Positions 19,672 to 30,710 of a stretch of 64,000 nt of DNA are shown one piece after another. This DNA comes from an uncultured candidate division Zixibacteria bacterium (GTDB lineage: Bacteria; Zixibacteria; MSB-5A5; UBA10806): positions 512,001-576,000 of the forward strand of contig CAWFQL010000017.1 of assembly GCA_963817915.1 (NCBI GenBank). The letters run 5' to 3'. The notes beneath the pieces were generated by a model. It was given only the letters and a program-made list of their open reading frames with translations, searched no databases and was not told the origin of the DNA. The translations under genes were made by a program, and so were the position numbers. Position 1 is the first letter of the stretch, and the number at the start of each line of letters is the position of its first letter.

Positions 19672-20259
19672 GTGAAATTGGCTCTATCTAAAGGCGCGTT
19701 AATAGGCATTATTATCGGGGCGGTCGTGATTTTTGGCATTATAATTATCGCCCTGAGCATCATAGTTCCGTATAATTCCATGACCAGCAAGCAAATACTG
19801 GTCGATAAATCATGGTCGGATGTCGATAACCAGCTCCAGAGGCGAAACGATCTAATCCCCAATCTGGTTGAGACAGTCAAAGGTTATGCTACCCATGAGA
19901 ATACGCTTTTTACCAATATTGCCAATGCCCGCGCCAAATTGGCCGGGGCAGGCTCGGTGCAAGATAAAATCAACGCCTCCAATGAGCTCAGCGGATTCCT
20001 GTCGCGCTTATTGATGGTAGTAGAAAATTATCCGCAGTTAAAAGCCAACGAAAGCTTCATGAAGCTCCAGGACGAATTAGCCGGGACCGAAAACCGTATC
20101 TCGGTTGCCAGAGTCCGCTACAATGAAGCAGTTACAAGCTACAATACTCAAATCCGAGTATTTCCCTCCAATCTGATCGCCGGAATGTTTAACTTCAAAG
20201 AAAAAGCATTCTTCGTGGCGCCCGAATCAGCCAAGGCAGTACCGCAGGTTAAATTTTAG
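19672..20259 (+). CDS. lemA: LemA family protein
   Basis: QLQRRNDLIPNLVETVKGYA, ENYPQLKA, LAGTENRISVARVRYN. Confidence 0.96.
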   Translation: MKLALSKGALIGIIIGAVVIFGIIIIALSIIVPYNSMTSKQILVDKSWSDVDNQLQRRNDLIPNLVETVKGYATHENTLFTNIANARAKLAGAGSVQDKINASNELSGFLSRLLMVVENYPQLKANESFMKLQDELAGTENRISVARVRYNEAVTSYNTQIRVFPSNLIAGMFNFKEKAFFVAPESAKAVPQVKF

Positions 20260-20319
20260 TTTACCTGCGATTTGAAATATTTTGGGATAGCATCGGGCTA
20301 TTCAGCAGTTCTTTAAGAT

Positions 20320-20692
20320 AGCAGGTCGGGCGGTCGCTTCCGGTTAATCCCGGGAGAGGAAAGTCCGAGCTTTCAAGGGCGAAGATGCCTCGTAACGCGA
20401 GGGGGCCGGGCTCGAAAGATACCGGCTACGGACAGCGCCACAGAAAATATACCGTCCGGCGCAAGTTGGATAAGGGTGAAATGGCGGTGTAAGAGACCAC
20501 CGGGTCGGCCGCAAGGCTGATCGCATGGCAAGCCCCATCGGAAAGAAAGGCCAAATAAGAGGAGAGAGGCTGCCCGTCTCATTCGATCCTCGGGTAGGCC
20601 GCATGATCCTCGTGGCGACACTGGGACAAGATAGATGGCCGCCGCTTTCGGAGTAAAATCCGCGAGTACAGAACTCGGCTTACAGACCTGCT
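20320..20692 (+). ncRNA. rnpB: RNase P RNA (bacterial type A)
   Basis: GAGGAAAGTCC and ACAGAACTCGGCTTAC (P4); terminal P1 helix AGCAGGTC/GACCTGCT; AGCGCCACAGAAA and AGGGTGAAA conserved segments. Confidence 0.95.
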
Positions 20693-20725
20693 TGATTTTG
20701 GGAATTATTATTGGAGTGGAGATAA

Positions 20726-22450
20726 ATGGAGTTAAAATGGGTTGTCCAACCCGATCCCGAATACAGTTCAGTTCGCAGATTAGCTCAAGAAGTTAATGTC
20801 CCTGAAATAGCCGCCAGAATTTTGGCCGCCAGAGGACTTTCCGATTCGACGGCGGCTCGGAAATTCCTCAATCCCAGTTTATCAGATTTATTTGATCCAT
20901 TTCGCATGGGCGGGATGGATAAAGCTGTCGAACGGGTCATCAGAGCGTTAAAAAATAACGAACGAATGATGATATATGGCGATTACGATGTCGATGGCAT
21001 CACCGGCACGGCCTTGACATTTTCCGTACTTAATCGTCTCGGCGCCAATGTCTCTTACTATCTCCCCAATCGTCTTCTTGAAGGATACGGTATCTCCGAA
21101 GATGGTCTGCAGGAAGCCGAAAAGCGAAAAATCCAGCTACTGATTTCAGTCGATTGCGGTATTACGGCAGTCTCCGAAGTCGAATACGCCCGCGGCAAAG
21201 GTATCGATTGTATTATCACCGACCATCACGAGCCGGGCGATAAAATTCCTGATGCCAATGCTATCGTGAATGCCAAGATCGATGGCCCCGACAGCCCCGG
21301 TTTTGAGCTTTCCGCTGTTGGAGTGGCATACAAGTTTTCGCAGGCATTATATCGTCAGCTCGGGCAGGATGAAGTCGAACTCGAACAGCATCTCGATTTG
21401 GTCGCGCTCGGCACCGCGGCTGATATTGTCCCCATGATTGGCGAAAATAGAATATTGACAAAATTTGGTCTCGATCAAATCGCGCGGACCACCAAGCCCG
21501 GCCTGAAAGCATTGATTTTTATCGCTGGTCTTATGGGACAAAAAATCGGCACCGGACAGGTCGTGTTTATACTCGCTCCGCGTATCAACGCCATCGGCCG
21601 CCTGGGTGATGCACAGCAGGCGATCAAGCTTTTAACCACCAAAGATGAATCAAAAGCCAACGCCATCGCTCGTGTGCTTAACGCTGAAAATAAACGCCGC
21701 AAAGATATCGACGAGCAAACATTGAATGAGGCTTTGGAGCTTATCGAAACCGAAGTCGATATGAACCGCGATAAGGCCATAGTGCTGGCGTCGAGGGGAT
21801 GGCATCAGGGAGTGATCGGAATTGTCGCGTCGAGGCTTGTCGAACGGTATCATCGCCCGACAGTCATGATCGCTATCGACGGCAATGAAGGCAAGGGCTC
21901 GGCTCGTTCGATACCAGGATTCCATCTGTATGAAGCGTTGAAGGCTTGCGAAGGTGAATTGCTTCGCTACGGCGGACACAAATACGCCGCGGGACTTTCA
22001 ATTGCCCCGGAAAAAATCGATTCATTCAGGAAGATGCTCAATGAGGTATCATCACGCATGCTCACCGAGGAAGACCTGGTGCCGAAGCTCGATATCGATG
22101 CTGAATTGGAATTGGATAAGATCGATGATAACCTTGTTGTCTATCTGGAAAAATTCGCGCCATTCGGGCCGATGAATATGAGGCCGGTATTTGTAAGCTA
22201 CGCGATAGAAATTATCGGGGCTCCGCATATAGTCGGTCACAACCATCTGAAATTCCGTGTCCGCAAGGGCGACAAGATAATAGATTGTATTGGGTTCAAT
22301 TACGGCGAATTTTTGAAGCAGCTAAGCTATCGCCCAATGCTGGTTGATATGGCATACGTGATTGAGCATAACTATTGGAACGGCGCCAATCGGATTCAGT
22401 TGCGAATCAAGGCTATTCGCCTGGCAGGCCAGACCAACCAATTGCAATAA
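20726..22450 (+). CDS. recJ: ssDNA-specific exonuclease RecJ
   Basis: YGDYDVDGITG, VDCGI, TDHH, PRINAIGRL, KGSARS, GGHKYAAG. Confidence 0.97.
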   Translation: MELKWVVQPDPEYSSVRRLAQEVNVPEIAARILAARGLSDSTAARKFLNPSLSDLFDPFRMGGMDKAVERVIRALKNNERMMIYGDYDVDGITGTALTFSVLNRLGANVSYYLPNRLLEGYGISEDGLQEAEKRKIQLLISVDCGITAVSEVEYARGKGIDCIITDHHEPGDKIPDANAIVNAKIDGPDSPGFELSAVGVAYKFSQALYRQLGQDEVELEQHLDLVALGTAADIVPMIGENRILTKFGLDQIARTTKPGLKALIFIAGLMGQKIGTGQVVFILAPRINAIGRLGDAQQAIKLLTTKDESKANAIARVLNAENKRRKDIDEQTLNEALELIETEVDMNRDKAIVLASRGWHQGVIGIVASRLVERYHRPTVMIAIDGNEGKGSARSIPGFHLYEALKACEGELLRYGGHKYAAGLSIAPEKIDSFRKMLNEVSSRMLTEEDLVPKLDIDAELELDKIDDNLVVYLEKFAPFGPMNMRPVFVSYAIEIIGAPHIVGHNHLKFRVRKGDKIIDCIGFNYGEFLKQLSYRPMLVDMAYVIEHNYWNGANRIQLRIKAIRLAGQTNQLQ

Positions 22451-22482
22451 TAATTTCATAAGAAAATAATCTATAAAATTTG

Positions 22483-22665
22483 GTGGCATGCTTGTCCGCC
22501 ATAGGCGGATCAGCATGTAACGCGATTTCGCTACTGCTTGTCATTCCGCACTCGCCGGGAATTAGCAGATTGGACACGCAAGATTCCCGCTTTCGCGGGA
22601 ATGACAGGGTAGATTTAGGTCGTGGTCTGAGTCCCGCGAGCGCCGGACGAAAACCCGGCATCCCT
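22483..22665. repeat. REP-like cluster between convergent recJ and PBP1A
   Basis: GTGGCATGCT..AGCATGT element; GTCATTCC...GATTCCCGCTTTCGCGGGAATGAC element; TAGGTC..GAAAACCCGGCA element. Confidence 0.8.
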
Positions 22666-24804
22666 CTAGAATCTTTCCTTCTTGCCCTTTTCTATTCGGA
22701 ATCTTCTCTGGGTCTCGTCGGTCGAACGTTTATAGCGATGGTCGAGATGGCATTGCGTCTTGGGCAAGGTCATATCAGTAAAGAGATCGGTAACTGTTCG
22801 CGGGCAGTCTTCCTTGGCTAATTCACCCGAATCGAGACATATCGTGGCCGTATAAATTCCAGGCGGAACAGGGAAATCTCTGGGCGGCATTTTCGCGGTC
22901 GCCTTCAGCATGAAATTAGTCCATACCGGCAATGCCGTTGTCGCGCCTACTTCGCCCTTGCCGATACCGATTTTCGTTTTGTCATCGAATCCAACCCAAA
23001 CCCCGGCAGTTATCTGCGGAATAAACCCGATAAACCAGGTGTCGGTGTTGCTATTCGAGGTGCCGGTCTTGCCTCCGGCCGGACGATCAAATCCCCTGAG
23101 TCTCGCGCCAACTCCCGTGCCATGATCTACTACAGTCTGAAGCATGCTGGTAATGATATATGAAGTCTGCGGCGAGAGCACTTCTTCCTGATCAGCGCGC
23201 GGCTTGTCATATTTGATATGGCCATCGCGATCGACAATTTTCGTAATATAAAATGGCTCTTTGCGAATTCCGCCATTAGGGAATATCGAAAAGGCCGGGA
23301 CTATATCCCACATGGTAACTTCTGATGAACCAATCGCCAATGACGGCACCGGATTCAAATGCTCCTTGATTCCCATCCGTTGAGCGAAATCAACAACCTG
23401 TTGAGCTGTCACCAAAGGATCCATCATCAGTTTTATTGAGATCAGGTTTCGCGATTCTTTTAGTCCGTCACGCAACGTCATTTCACCCTTGAATTTCTCA
23501 TCAAAATTGGAGGGGCGCCATTCCTCGCCGCCTGCCATCAGGACTATAGGCGAGTCAAGCATTAGATCAGATGGCGAAAAGCCGTTGTCGATTGCCGTAG
23601 TATATACAAATGGCTTAAACGCCGAGCCGGGCTGCCTTAATGCTTGTGTCACTCGAATGAATTTACTTTGATTGAAATCCCGGCCGCCGATAAAAACCAG
23701 CACTCCGCCAGTCTCATTATCAACCGCCATCATCATTCCCTGAAGCTGCTTATAGACTCTCTTGAATCCATATCCTTTTTCCGTATCTGCGGTCAGGTAG
23801 GTATAATTGACATCATAGGGTCTATAGAATGATTCAATCTGGCGTTGTAGGGTATCAATTTCAGAGTATAACGCTTGCTCAGCTTCCACCTGCATATCCA
23901 AATCGAGTGTTGTATATATATTCATCCCCGATGAATACAGCGCTTCTTCGCCGTATGTCTCATAGAGATATTGCCTGATCAATTCCGTGAAATATGGCGC
24001 CTGGCCAATATTCCCCTGATTTAGATTTATCTCCAACGGCAATTGCTTCAGGCTATCGGCCATGGCTTTCGATAATCTGCCGGTATCAACCAGCGAGTCG
24101 AATACGATGTTGCGTCTCTTAGTAGCACGATCAGGATGATCGACAGGAGAATAACGATTCGGAGCTTTCAATAAACCGATTAGAACAGCGCAATCATTCA
24201 AAGTCAATTGTGAGGCATCCTTGGAGAAATAAGTCTGCGCCGCCGCCTGGATACCATACGCGCCCCTGCCGAAATAATTATGATTAATATACATCTGCAG
24301 GATTTCATTCTTGGAATACATCCGCTCAATTTTTATCGCAGTCAACGCTTCTTTTATTTTACGAATGTAGGTTTTCTCGGGCGTTAAGAAAAGCGATCTC
24401 GATAGCTGCTGAGTAATTGTCGATGCCCCTTCGGCGGTGAGGTCGAATTTTATCAAGTTATTGAATGTTGCTCCGGCTATCCGGCGGATATCAATTCCCC
24501 AATGACTATAAAATTTTCTATCTTCGGTTGCCAGGAGGCAATCAATCAAATACGGCGGAATCTTGTCATAAGGAATCAATATGCGCCGTTCATTGTAAAA
24601 TTCCTTTATGACTTTGCCGTTTCGGTCATAGACGCGCGTTATCAGGCTCGGCTGAATGTTATGCAGCTGCGCCAGCGACGGCAAATCCTTCTGCAGTGAA
24701 TTTATTATGAGCAGGCCAATCACAACGATGGCCAGTATTAATGCCAGTCCGAAGTACACATACCTCGATCGGCCCGGGAATTTCAGCGTAAAGTATTTTG
24801 ACAT
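22666..24804 (-). CDS. Class A penicillin-binding protein (PBP1A family)
   Basis: N-terminal TM; glycosyltransferase motifs EDRKF, GASTITQQL, RKIKE; transpeptidase motifs SAFK, SRN, KTGT. Confidence 0.96.
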   Translation of the reverse strand: MSKYFTLKFPGRSRYVYFGLALILAIVVIGLLIINSLQKDLPSLAQLHNIQPSLITRVYDRNGKVIKEFYNERRILIPYDKIPPYLIDCLLATEDRKFYSHWGIDIRRIAGATFNNLIKFDLTAEGASTITQQLSRSLFLTPEKTYIRKIKEALTAIKIERMYSKNEILQMYINHNYFGRGAYGIQAAAQTYFSKDASQLTLNDCAVLIGLLKAPNRYSPVDHPDRATKRRNIVFDSLVDTGRLSKAMADSLKQLPLEINLNQGNIGQAPYFTELIRQYLYETYGEEALYSSGMNIYTTLDLDMQVEAEQALYSEIDTLQRQIESFYRPYDVNYTYLTADTEKGYGFKRVYKQLQGMMMAVDNETGGVLVFIGGRDFNQSKFIRVTQALRQPGSAFKPFVYTTAIDNGFSPSDLMLDSPIVLMAGGEEWRPSNFDEKFKGEMTLRDGLKESRNLISIKLMMDPLVTAQQVVDFAQRMGIKEHLNPVPSLAIGSSEVTMWDIVPAFSIFPNGGIRKEPFYITKIVDRDGHIKYDKPRADQEEVLSPQTSYIITSMLQTVVDHGTGVGARLRGFDRPAGGKTGTSNSNTDTWFIGFIPQITAGVWVGFDDKTKIGIGKGEVGATTALPVWTNFMLKATAKMPPRDFPVPPGIYTATICLDSGELAKEDCPRTVTDLFTDMTLPKTQCHLDHRYKRSTDETQRRFRIEKGKKERF

Positions 24805-24918
24805 AAGCGCTAATTTAGTTTCGCCGGCTTTACTGTCAAGCCATATTCTTAGTATTTGCTTGCAATAATTGCCTTACGACGTTAATTTTACGTTCTGTTT
24901 GAAAAGGAGTTCCAGGCG

Positions 24919-26139
24919 ATGAAATTAAGACCGGAAGAGCAATTAGAATTAATTAAACGCGGCACAGTAGAAATTATCAGAGAAGAAGAGCTTCTCCAAA
25001 AGCTCACCAAATCATTCAATACCGGCAAGCCCCTGATTATAAAGCAGGGATTTGATCCCACCGCGCCGGATATACATATTGGGCATATGGTATCAATTAA
25101 TAAACTCAAGACTTTTCAGGAGCTTGGACATACGGTCGTATTTCTAATAGGAGATTTTACTGGCATGATCGGCGATCCATCGGGAAGGACCGCTACACGA
25201 AAACAGCTTACCAGAGAAGAAGTCCTTATTAATGCCGAGACTTACAAAAAGCAGATCTTTAAGGTGCTCGATCCCAAATCCACGGTAATCGATTTTAATT
25301 CTCGCTGGAGCCTGCCAATGACATTTCAGGACGTGTTGGAATTGACATCTCGTTATACGGTGGCCCGGATTCTCGAACGAGACGATTTCTCAAAACGATA
25401 TTCCGAAGGCCGTCCGATCAGCATGCTGGAATTCATGTATCCATTGGTGCAGGGATATGACTCGGTCGCGCTCAAAGCCGATGTCGAGCTTGGCGGGACC
25501 GATCAAAAATTCAATCTATTGGTCGGACGCGATCTCCAGCGCGAATATGGCATGGAACCTCAGGTGGTAATCACCATGCCGCTGCTGGTCGGCACCGATG
25601 GTGTCGAGAAGATGTCGAAATCGCTTGGCAATTATATCGGCATCAACGATCCGCCCGAACAGATATTCGGGAAGACCATGTCGATTTCCGATAATATGAT
25701 TTACGATTATTTTGTATTGGCTACAGATGTTTCCACCGACGAACTCGCTGAAATAAAGAAACAGCTCGATACCCCCGGCGTAAATCCAATGACATTGAAG
25801 AAACGTCTGGGTTGGAAATTGGTTGAAATCTATCACGGCAAAGAAGAAGCCGACAAAGCTCAGGGCGGATTCGAGAAACAATTCTCCAAACGGGAAGTGC
25901 CGGATGAAATACCCGAACTGCTGATAGAATCCAATGATGATACCGCTTGGCTACCGGCCGTGATTACCGCCTCAGGGGTAACAAGCTCCAATAGCGAATC
26001 GATTCGCCTTATCAAACAGGGCGGCATAAAGAAGGACGATGAGGTATTAAAAGATAAAGATTATCGCGTATCTTTGGTTGACAATGTCGTATTGAAAATT
26101 GGCAAAAAAAATTACTTCAGAATAGGTAAGAAGAGATAA
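24919..26139 (+). CDS. tyrS: Tyrosine--tRNA ligase
   Basis: [27 protein letters not shown]-terminal S4 domain. Confidence 0.98.
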   Translation: MKLRPEEQLELIKRGTVEIIREEELLQKLTKSFNTGKPLIIKQGFDPTAPDIHIGHMVSINKLKTFQELGHTVVFLIGDFTGMIGDPSGRTATRKQLTREEVLINAETYKKQIFKVLDPKSTVIDFNSRWSLPMTFQDVLELTSRYTVARILERDDFSKRYSEGRPISMLEFMYPLVQGYDSVALKADVELGGTDQKFNLLVGRDLQREYGMEPQVVITMPLLVGTDGVEKMSKSLGNYIGINDPPEQIFGKTMSISDNMIYDYFVLATDVSTDELAEIKKQLDTPGVNPMTLKKRLGWKLVEIYHGKEEADKAQGGFEKQFSKREVPDEIPELLIESNDDTAWLPAVITASGVTSSNSESIRLIKQGGIKKDDEVLKDKDYRVSLVDNVVLKIGKKNYFRIGKKR

Positions 26140-26140
26140 T

Positions 26141-27236
26141 ATGGAAATAGCTGTAAATATCGAAGATCTCAAGTCCCGTCTGGAAAAACTCCGGAGGTAT
26201 CTTTGAGATCGATAATCTTCAAATCCAGGTCGAGAAGCTTGATAAGGAATCGCAAGCCGGCGATTTTTGGAATGACAATCAGAAGGCTCAAGGAATTCTA
26301 AAAAGGCTTAATTTCCTTAAAAAGACAATTGCCGACTGGGAATCGTTAAAAAAAGATATTAATGACACTGCCGAATTGATCACGCTTTCGCAATCGGAGA
26401 GCGATGAATCGATGGTGCAGGAGATCATCTCGCACGCCGAGAAGATCACGCTCCATCTGGAAGATTTCGAGCTCCGCAGTTTTCTATCAAACGAAGAAGA
26501 TTCCAAGAACGCCATATTATCGATTCATCCTGGCGCGGGCGGCACCGAATCGCAGGACTGGGCTTCGATGCTTCTGCGCATGTATCTCCGTTGGGCGGAG
26601 AAACGAGGCTTCGTTACGGAAATGATGGATTATCAGGATGGCGAAGAGGCTGGGATCAAATCGGCGACTCTCGAAATCAAAGGCGAATATGTCTACGGCT
26701 ATCTGAAATCAGAATCCGGCGTGCATCGGCTGGTGCGCATATCGCCATTCGATGCCAACAAACGGCGTCATACGTCATTCGCGTCGGTATTCGTATTTCC
26801 CGAAACCGACGAGGATATCAATATCGAAATAAATCCAGATGATCTCAAGATCGATACTTATCGCGCATCCGGCGCAGGCGGCCAGCATGTCAACAAAACA
26901 TCATCTGCGGTAAGGATTACACATGAGCCGACCGGGATAGTTGTTCAATGCCAGACCGAACGATCTCAGCATAAAAACCGAGAGTCGGCCATGAAGGTTT
27001 TGAAGGCCCGTCTCTATCAAAGAGCGTTGGAAGAAGAACGGGCCAAAATGGCGGTAGTCGAGGCAACCAAGAAAAAGATCGAATGGGGTTCGCAGATCAG
27101 ATCGTATGTATTCCAGCCGTATAATCTGGTCAAGGATCACCGCACTGATCACGAAACTTCCAATACGGGTGCCGTTATGGATGGCGCCATAGATGAATTC
27201 ATTCACGCGTTTTTGGCTCATAAAGATGAAGGGTAG
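26141..27236 (+). CDS. prfB: Peptide chain release factor 2, with programmed +1 frameshift at 26201-26206
   Basis: ATG 26141 ...CGG AGG TAT CTT TGA; the +1 frame continues open into the SPF and GGQ motifs. Confidence 0.95.
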
Positions 27237-27242
27237 GGTAAG

Positions 27243-28241
27243 ATGAGGATTATCGATGAGATTCAAGGCAAAGCCCGAAAATTAAAGGCGAAAATTGTCC
27301 TTCCGGAAGGCACGGAGGAGAGGACAGTCCAGGCGGCGGGGAAATTAGCCGCCAATGATATCAGTTTTCCCATACTATTGGGGAACGAAGCAGAAATAAA
27401 GAAGCTCTGCGATAAATTCAAAATTGATACCGGTAAAATCGGCATTGTCCAGCCTGACAAAGATTCTGATTACGAATCATATATCAATGAATATTGTGAG
27501 ATGCGCAAGGCCAAGGGGATGACTCTCGATCAGGCCAGGCAGGCGTTCAAGAGCACATTATTCTATGGCGCCATGATGGTTCGTCACGGTCGCGCCGATG
27601 GCTCTGTGGCGGGGGCGTTGAGCGCTACCGGCGATGTGCTGCGCGCGGCCATCCATTGTATCGGATTGGCCAAGGGGATCGATGTCGTATCGTCATCATT
27701 CCTGATGGTGATACCGGAATTTCGCGGCGAAAAAGAGAAGCTGTTCGTATTCGCTGATTGCGCCGTAATTCCCGATCCGACAATCGAGCAACTGGCATCG
27801 ATAACAATATCATCCGCGGAGACCATGCGCAAACTTGGCGGACAGGAGCCGAAGGTTGCCATGCTGTCATTCTCAACGAAAGGTTCAGCCAAACATGAGA
27901 AGGTCGACAAAGTCCTCGCGGCGATGGAATTGGTTAAGCAAAAAGCCCCGAATCTCGCTATTGATGGCGAATTGCAGCTTGATGCCGCCATCATTCCCGA
28001 TATCGGCAAACGGAAAGCCCCTGGCTCTGCTATCGCGGGCAACGCCAATGTTTTGATATTCCCCGATCTTGGCTCAGGCAATATCGGCTATAAGCTTACA
28101 CAACGATTAGCAGGCGCAGAGGCAATCGGCCCGATTATTCAGGGATTGGCAAAACCCGCCAATGATCTCTCGCGCGGCTGTTCGGTCGATGACATCGTCA
28201 ATGTCGCCGCCATCGCCTCGGTCTTAGCCAAAGGCATGTAA
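27243..28241 (+). CDS. pta: Phosphate acetyltransferase
   Basis: IVLPEG, FADCAV, AMLSFSTKGS, DGELQLDAA, NDLSRGC. Confidence 0.96.
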   Translation: MRIIDEIQGKARKLKAKIVLPEGTEERTVQAAGKLAANDISFPILLGNEAEIKKLCDKFKIDTGKIGIVQPDKDSDYESYINEYCEMRKAKGMTLDQARQAFKSTLFYGAMMVRHGRADGSVAGALSATGDVLRAAIHCIGLAKGIDVVSSSFLMVIPEFRGEKEKLFVFADCAVIPDPTIEQLASITISSAETMRKLGGQEPKVAMLSFSTKGSAKHEKVDKVLAAMELVKQKAPNLAIDGELQLDAAIIPDIGKRKAPGSAIAGNANVLIFPDLGSGNIGYKLTQRLAGAEAIGPIIQGLAKPANDLSRGCSVDDIVNVAAIASVLAKGM

Positions 28242-28262
28242 AAATATTTAGTCTTATCTCGT

Positions 28263-28289
28263 GGGGCGTCGACTACACGCCCCTTTTTT
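28263..28289 (+). terminator. Rho-independent terminator of tyrS-prfB-pta
   Basis: GGGGCGT-N7-ACGCCCC followed by T6. Confidence 0.65.
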
Positions 28290-28307
28290 ATTTATCTCGA
28301 ATCTTCG

Positions 28308-28527
28308 GTAGGGGCGGGTTTCAAACCCGCCCTCTTTTTGTTTTTACAGTCATTGCGAGTCCGCCGCAGGCGGACGAAGCAATCTGAAGGCGGCGTATAG
28401 ATTGCTTCGTCGTCCGTCAAAAGCCGGACTCCTCGCAATGACTTCGGGAATATAGCCGTAGGTCGGCGTTCCGAGTCCGGCATCTGCCGGACGAGAAACC
28501 CGACATCCTGTATGCCCCGGCTATTAA
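28308..28527. repeat. REP-like cluster
   Basis: GTAGGGGCGGGTTTCAAACCCGCCC; GTCATTGCGAG...CTCGCAATGAC (28349-28442); GTAGGTCGGCGTTCCGA..GAGAAACCCGACATCCTGTA (28458-28512). Confidence 0.85.
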
Positions 28528-28541
28528 CTTTCAATCCCTCC

Positions 28542-28570
28542 TTGACATCATGGGCATCGCTGTATATTAT
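28542..28570 (+). promoter_or_regulatory. Sigma70-type promoter
   Basis: TTGACA-N17-TATTAT upstream of the pentapeptide-repeat gene. Confidence 0.6.
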
Positions 28571-28639
28571 TTCTGCGGTCAGTAATTGAAATCAGATTTG
28601 GCTTTATTCCGCCTCGCGCTATACGGGGCCAGAGGACTT

Positions 28640-30496
28640 ATGCCAGACGAAAATAGTAATAATGCTCCCGATACGGTAATGAATTGCAGTTATCCAGGTT
28701 GTAGGCGATTTGCATTGGCGCGTTTTCAAAATAAATACTGTAATTTCCATTCCCCGGTAAAGGATAAACGAATAGATATTCCGCAATTTTATGAAGAGAT
28801 AATGAAGATTATTAATGAAGCCGGGCATAATCAAAGACCCTGCAATTTTGAAGGTTTTATATTTCCTGGGGACATAACCTTATCGCGAAGAAATTTCAAT
28901 GCGCAAGTTAATTTTAAAAAAGCCGAATTTGCGGGAAAAGTAAATTTCAGTGATACGATATTTTCAGAAAAAGTATCATTTGAAGAAGCGCAATTTAGAA
29001 AAAAAGCAAATTTCGAGAAAGTAAAATTTTCGGGAACTGCGGATTTCAATTCAGCACACTTTCGTGATCTTGCCATATTTCAGAATGTACAATTCCAGAG
29101 AAATGAACTATTTCCTATCACACGATTCGAGGGGTCAGCGGATTTTGGCAATTCTAAATTTGATGCTAATGTAATATTTGCCTTTGCGAAATTTGAATAT
29201 AAAGTTTCATTTCTTAATGCAAAAATTTTAGGCAAAGCACATTTTGAAGAAGTTGAATTTGGTCAGGATGCAATATTTGGATTGTGGAAAGAAAATGATA
29301 ATACATTATTAAACGAAGAGCCTAGCGAATTCAATGATGAATCCTATTTCAATAACGCGAAATTTATTGGCAACGCGTCATTTAGATCTGTAAAATTTGC
29401 TAAAAAACCTGATTTTACTGGTACAGTCTTCAAGAAGATTGCTGATTTTAGTAGATCGAAATTATGCAATGGCGCATTATTCAATCTTTCGGAATTCTAT
29501 GATATGATTTTCTTTACTACAATGACAATTGGAGGTGATATTGATTTTGTCAAAATTAGGTTAGGGGAAAATGCCGATTTTCTATTTCAACGAAACAATT
29601 TTATTTTTGCCTTCAAAGCGGGAGAAAAAATACGCATAATTTTCGATTCAGTCAAATTTAGACCATTTAATGCCAAATTTGAGAATGTACGAATTTCGGA
29701 AGAGAATAAGCAAAATCAGTTATATATGCTTTTTAGATATTGCGATTTAACAGATATATTTTTCGTCGATAATGAAATGTATTGGTTTTCGTTTCTGACT
29801 AGTTCTTTTGATAAAGCGCGAATTACTTCTTCCGAATGGGGGGAAACCCATGATGGACGAAAAAACGTTTTGCCGGAAGAAGTGTTTTTTGATCAACTGC
29901 TTAATAATAAAGACTTTAATGATAAGAAAAGTCAATTTAGGGAATATAGACAAATATATAATCTTGTTAGTCGGAGTGAAGTCGAAGCATTGTACCGCCG
30001 CATGAAATCTGCTTAGATCGTTCTAAGGATTTTCCAGAGGCCGGATGGTTTTACTACAATGAATTTGAAATGAAAAGAAAAGGATTGGCGGAGAAGATAG
30101 AAGCGGATGCTACCTAATCTAAGATTATTGACGGATTGTTAAGAAAAATATTCAGCAGACATGGTCTTTATTATGCTTATAAAACTTTTGCCGGATATGG
30201 CGAAAAGCCACTTTGGAGTTTTTATTGGTTTCTATTCTTTGCGATTGGTGTATTCCCTCCATTGCACTTGTTCGCAGGACTTTATAAAAATAATGGTGAT
30301 ACAATTGGCTGGTTGGATGCATTAGTATTTTCGCTTTATCGCGTAATCCCCGTCAGCTATTTACCATATATGAGAAATGAATTGTCTCCCGACGGAATTG
30401 CTTGGTCTATTTTTGTCGTTTCTCAATTCCCTTGTCCTGATCATTCTTGTCACCTTCATCGCCATCGGCCTCAAGCGGCATTTCCGGCGGTTTTAA
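28640..30496 (+). pseudogene. Pentapeptide-repeat protein with a C-terminal two-TM channel-like domain; interrupted
   Basis: Cys/His N-terminus, F-rich A(D/N)F repeats, YGEKP..W TM region; frameshifts near 30013 and 30412 plus in-frame TAA at 30115-30117. Confidence 0.7.
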
Positions 30497-30518
30497 TCAA
30501 ATTTTCCGTAAGGCATTT

Positions 30519-30546
30519 GTAGAGACTTGCCATGGCAAGTCTCTAC
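30519..30546. repeat. Perfect 28-bp GTAG palindrome (REP-like)
   Basis: GTAGAGACTTGCCATGGCAAGTCTCTAC; same outer 8 bp as the 15936/45561 element. Confidence 0.85.
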
Positions 30547-30710
30547 CCGTTATCGTCGGGCGCGTCGATTCGGCGATCACATATCCCCCAAAAAAATCCC
30601 ATAAATCACCACTTGCATTTTCCGATAAACCTATGGTAAGATTGATATGAGGGTCTTTGTATATTGATAAATCAATTTCTTAGGTAGAAATATCGGAAAG
30701 GAGAGCTCTC

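Noticed and set aside
20344..20621. Minus-strand ORFs of 86 and 82 aa
   Set aside because: They are antisense to the RNase P RNA
22413..22821. ORFs over the recJ-PBP1A intergenic region (similarly 28292-28534 and 31555-31737)
   Set aside because: Translations of palindromic repeats, with no protein features
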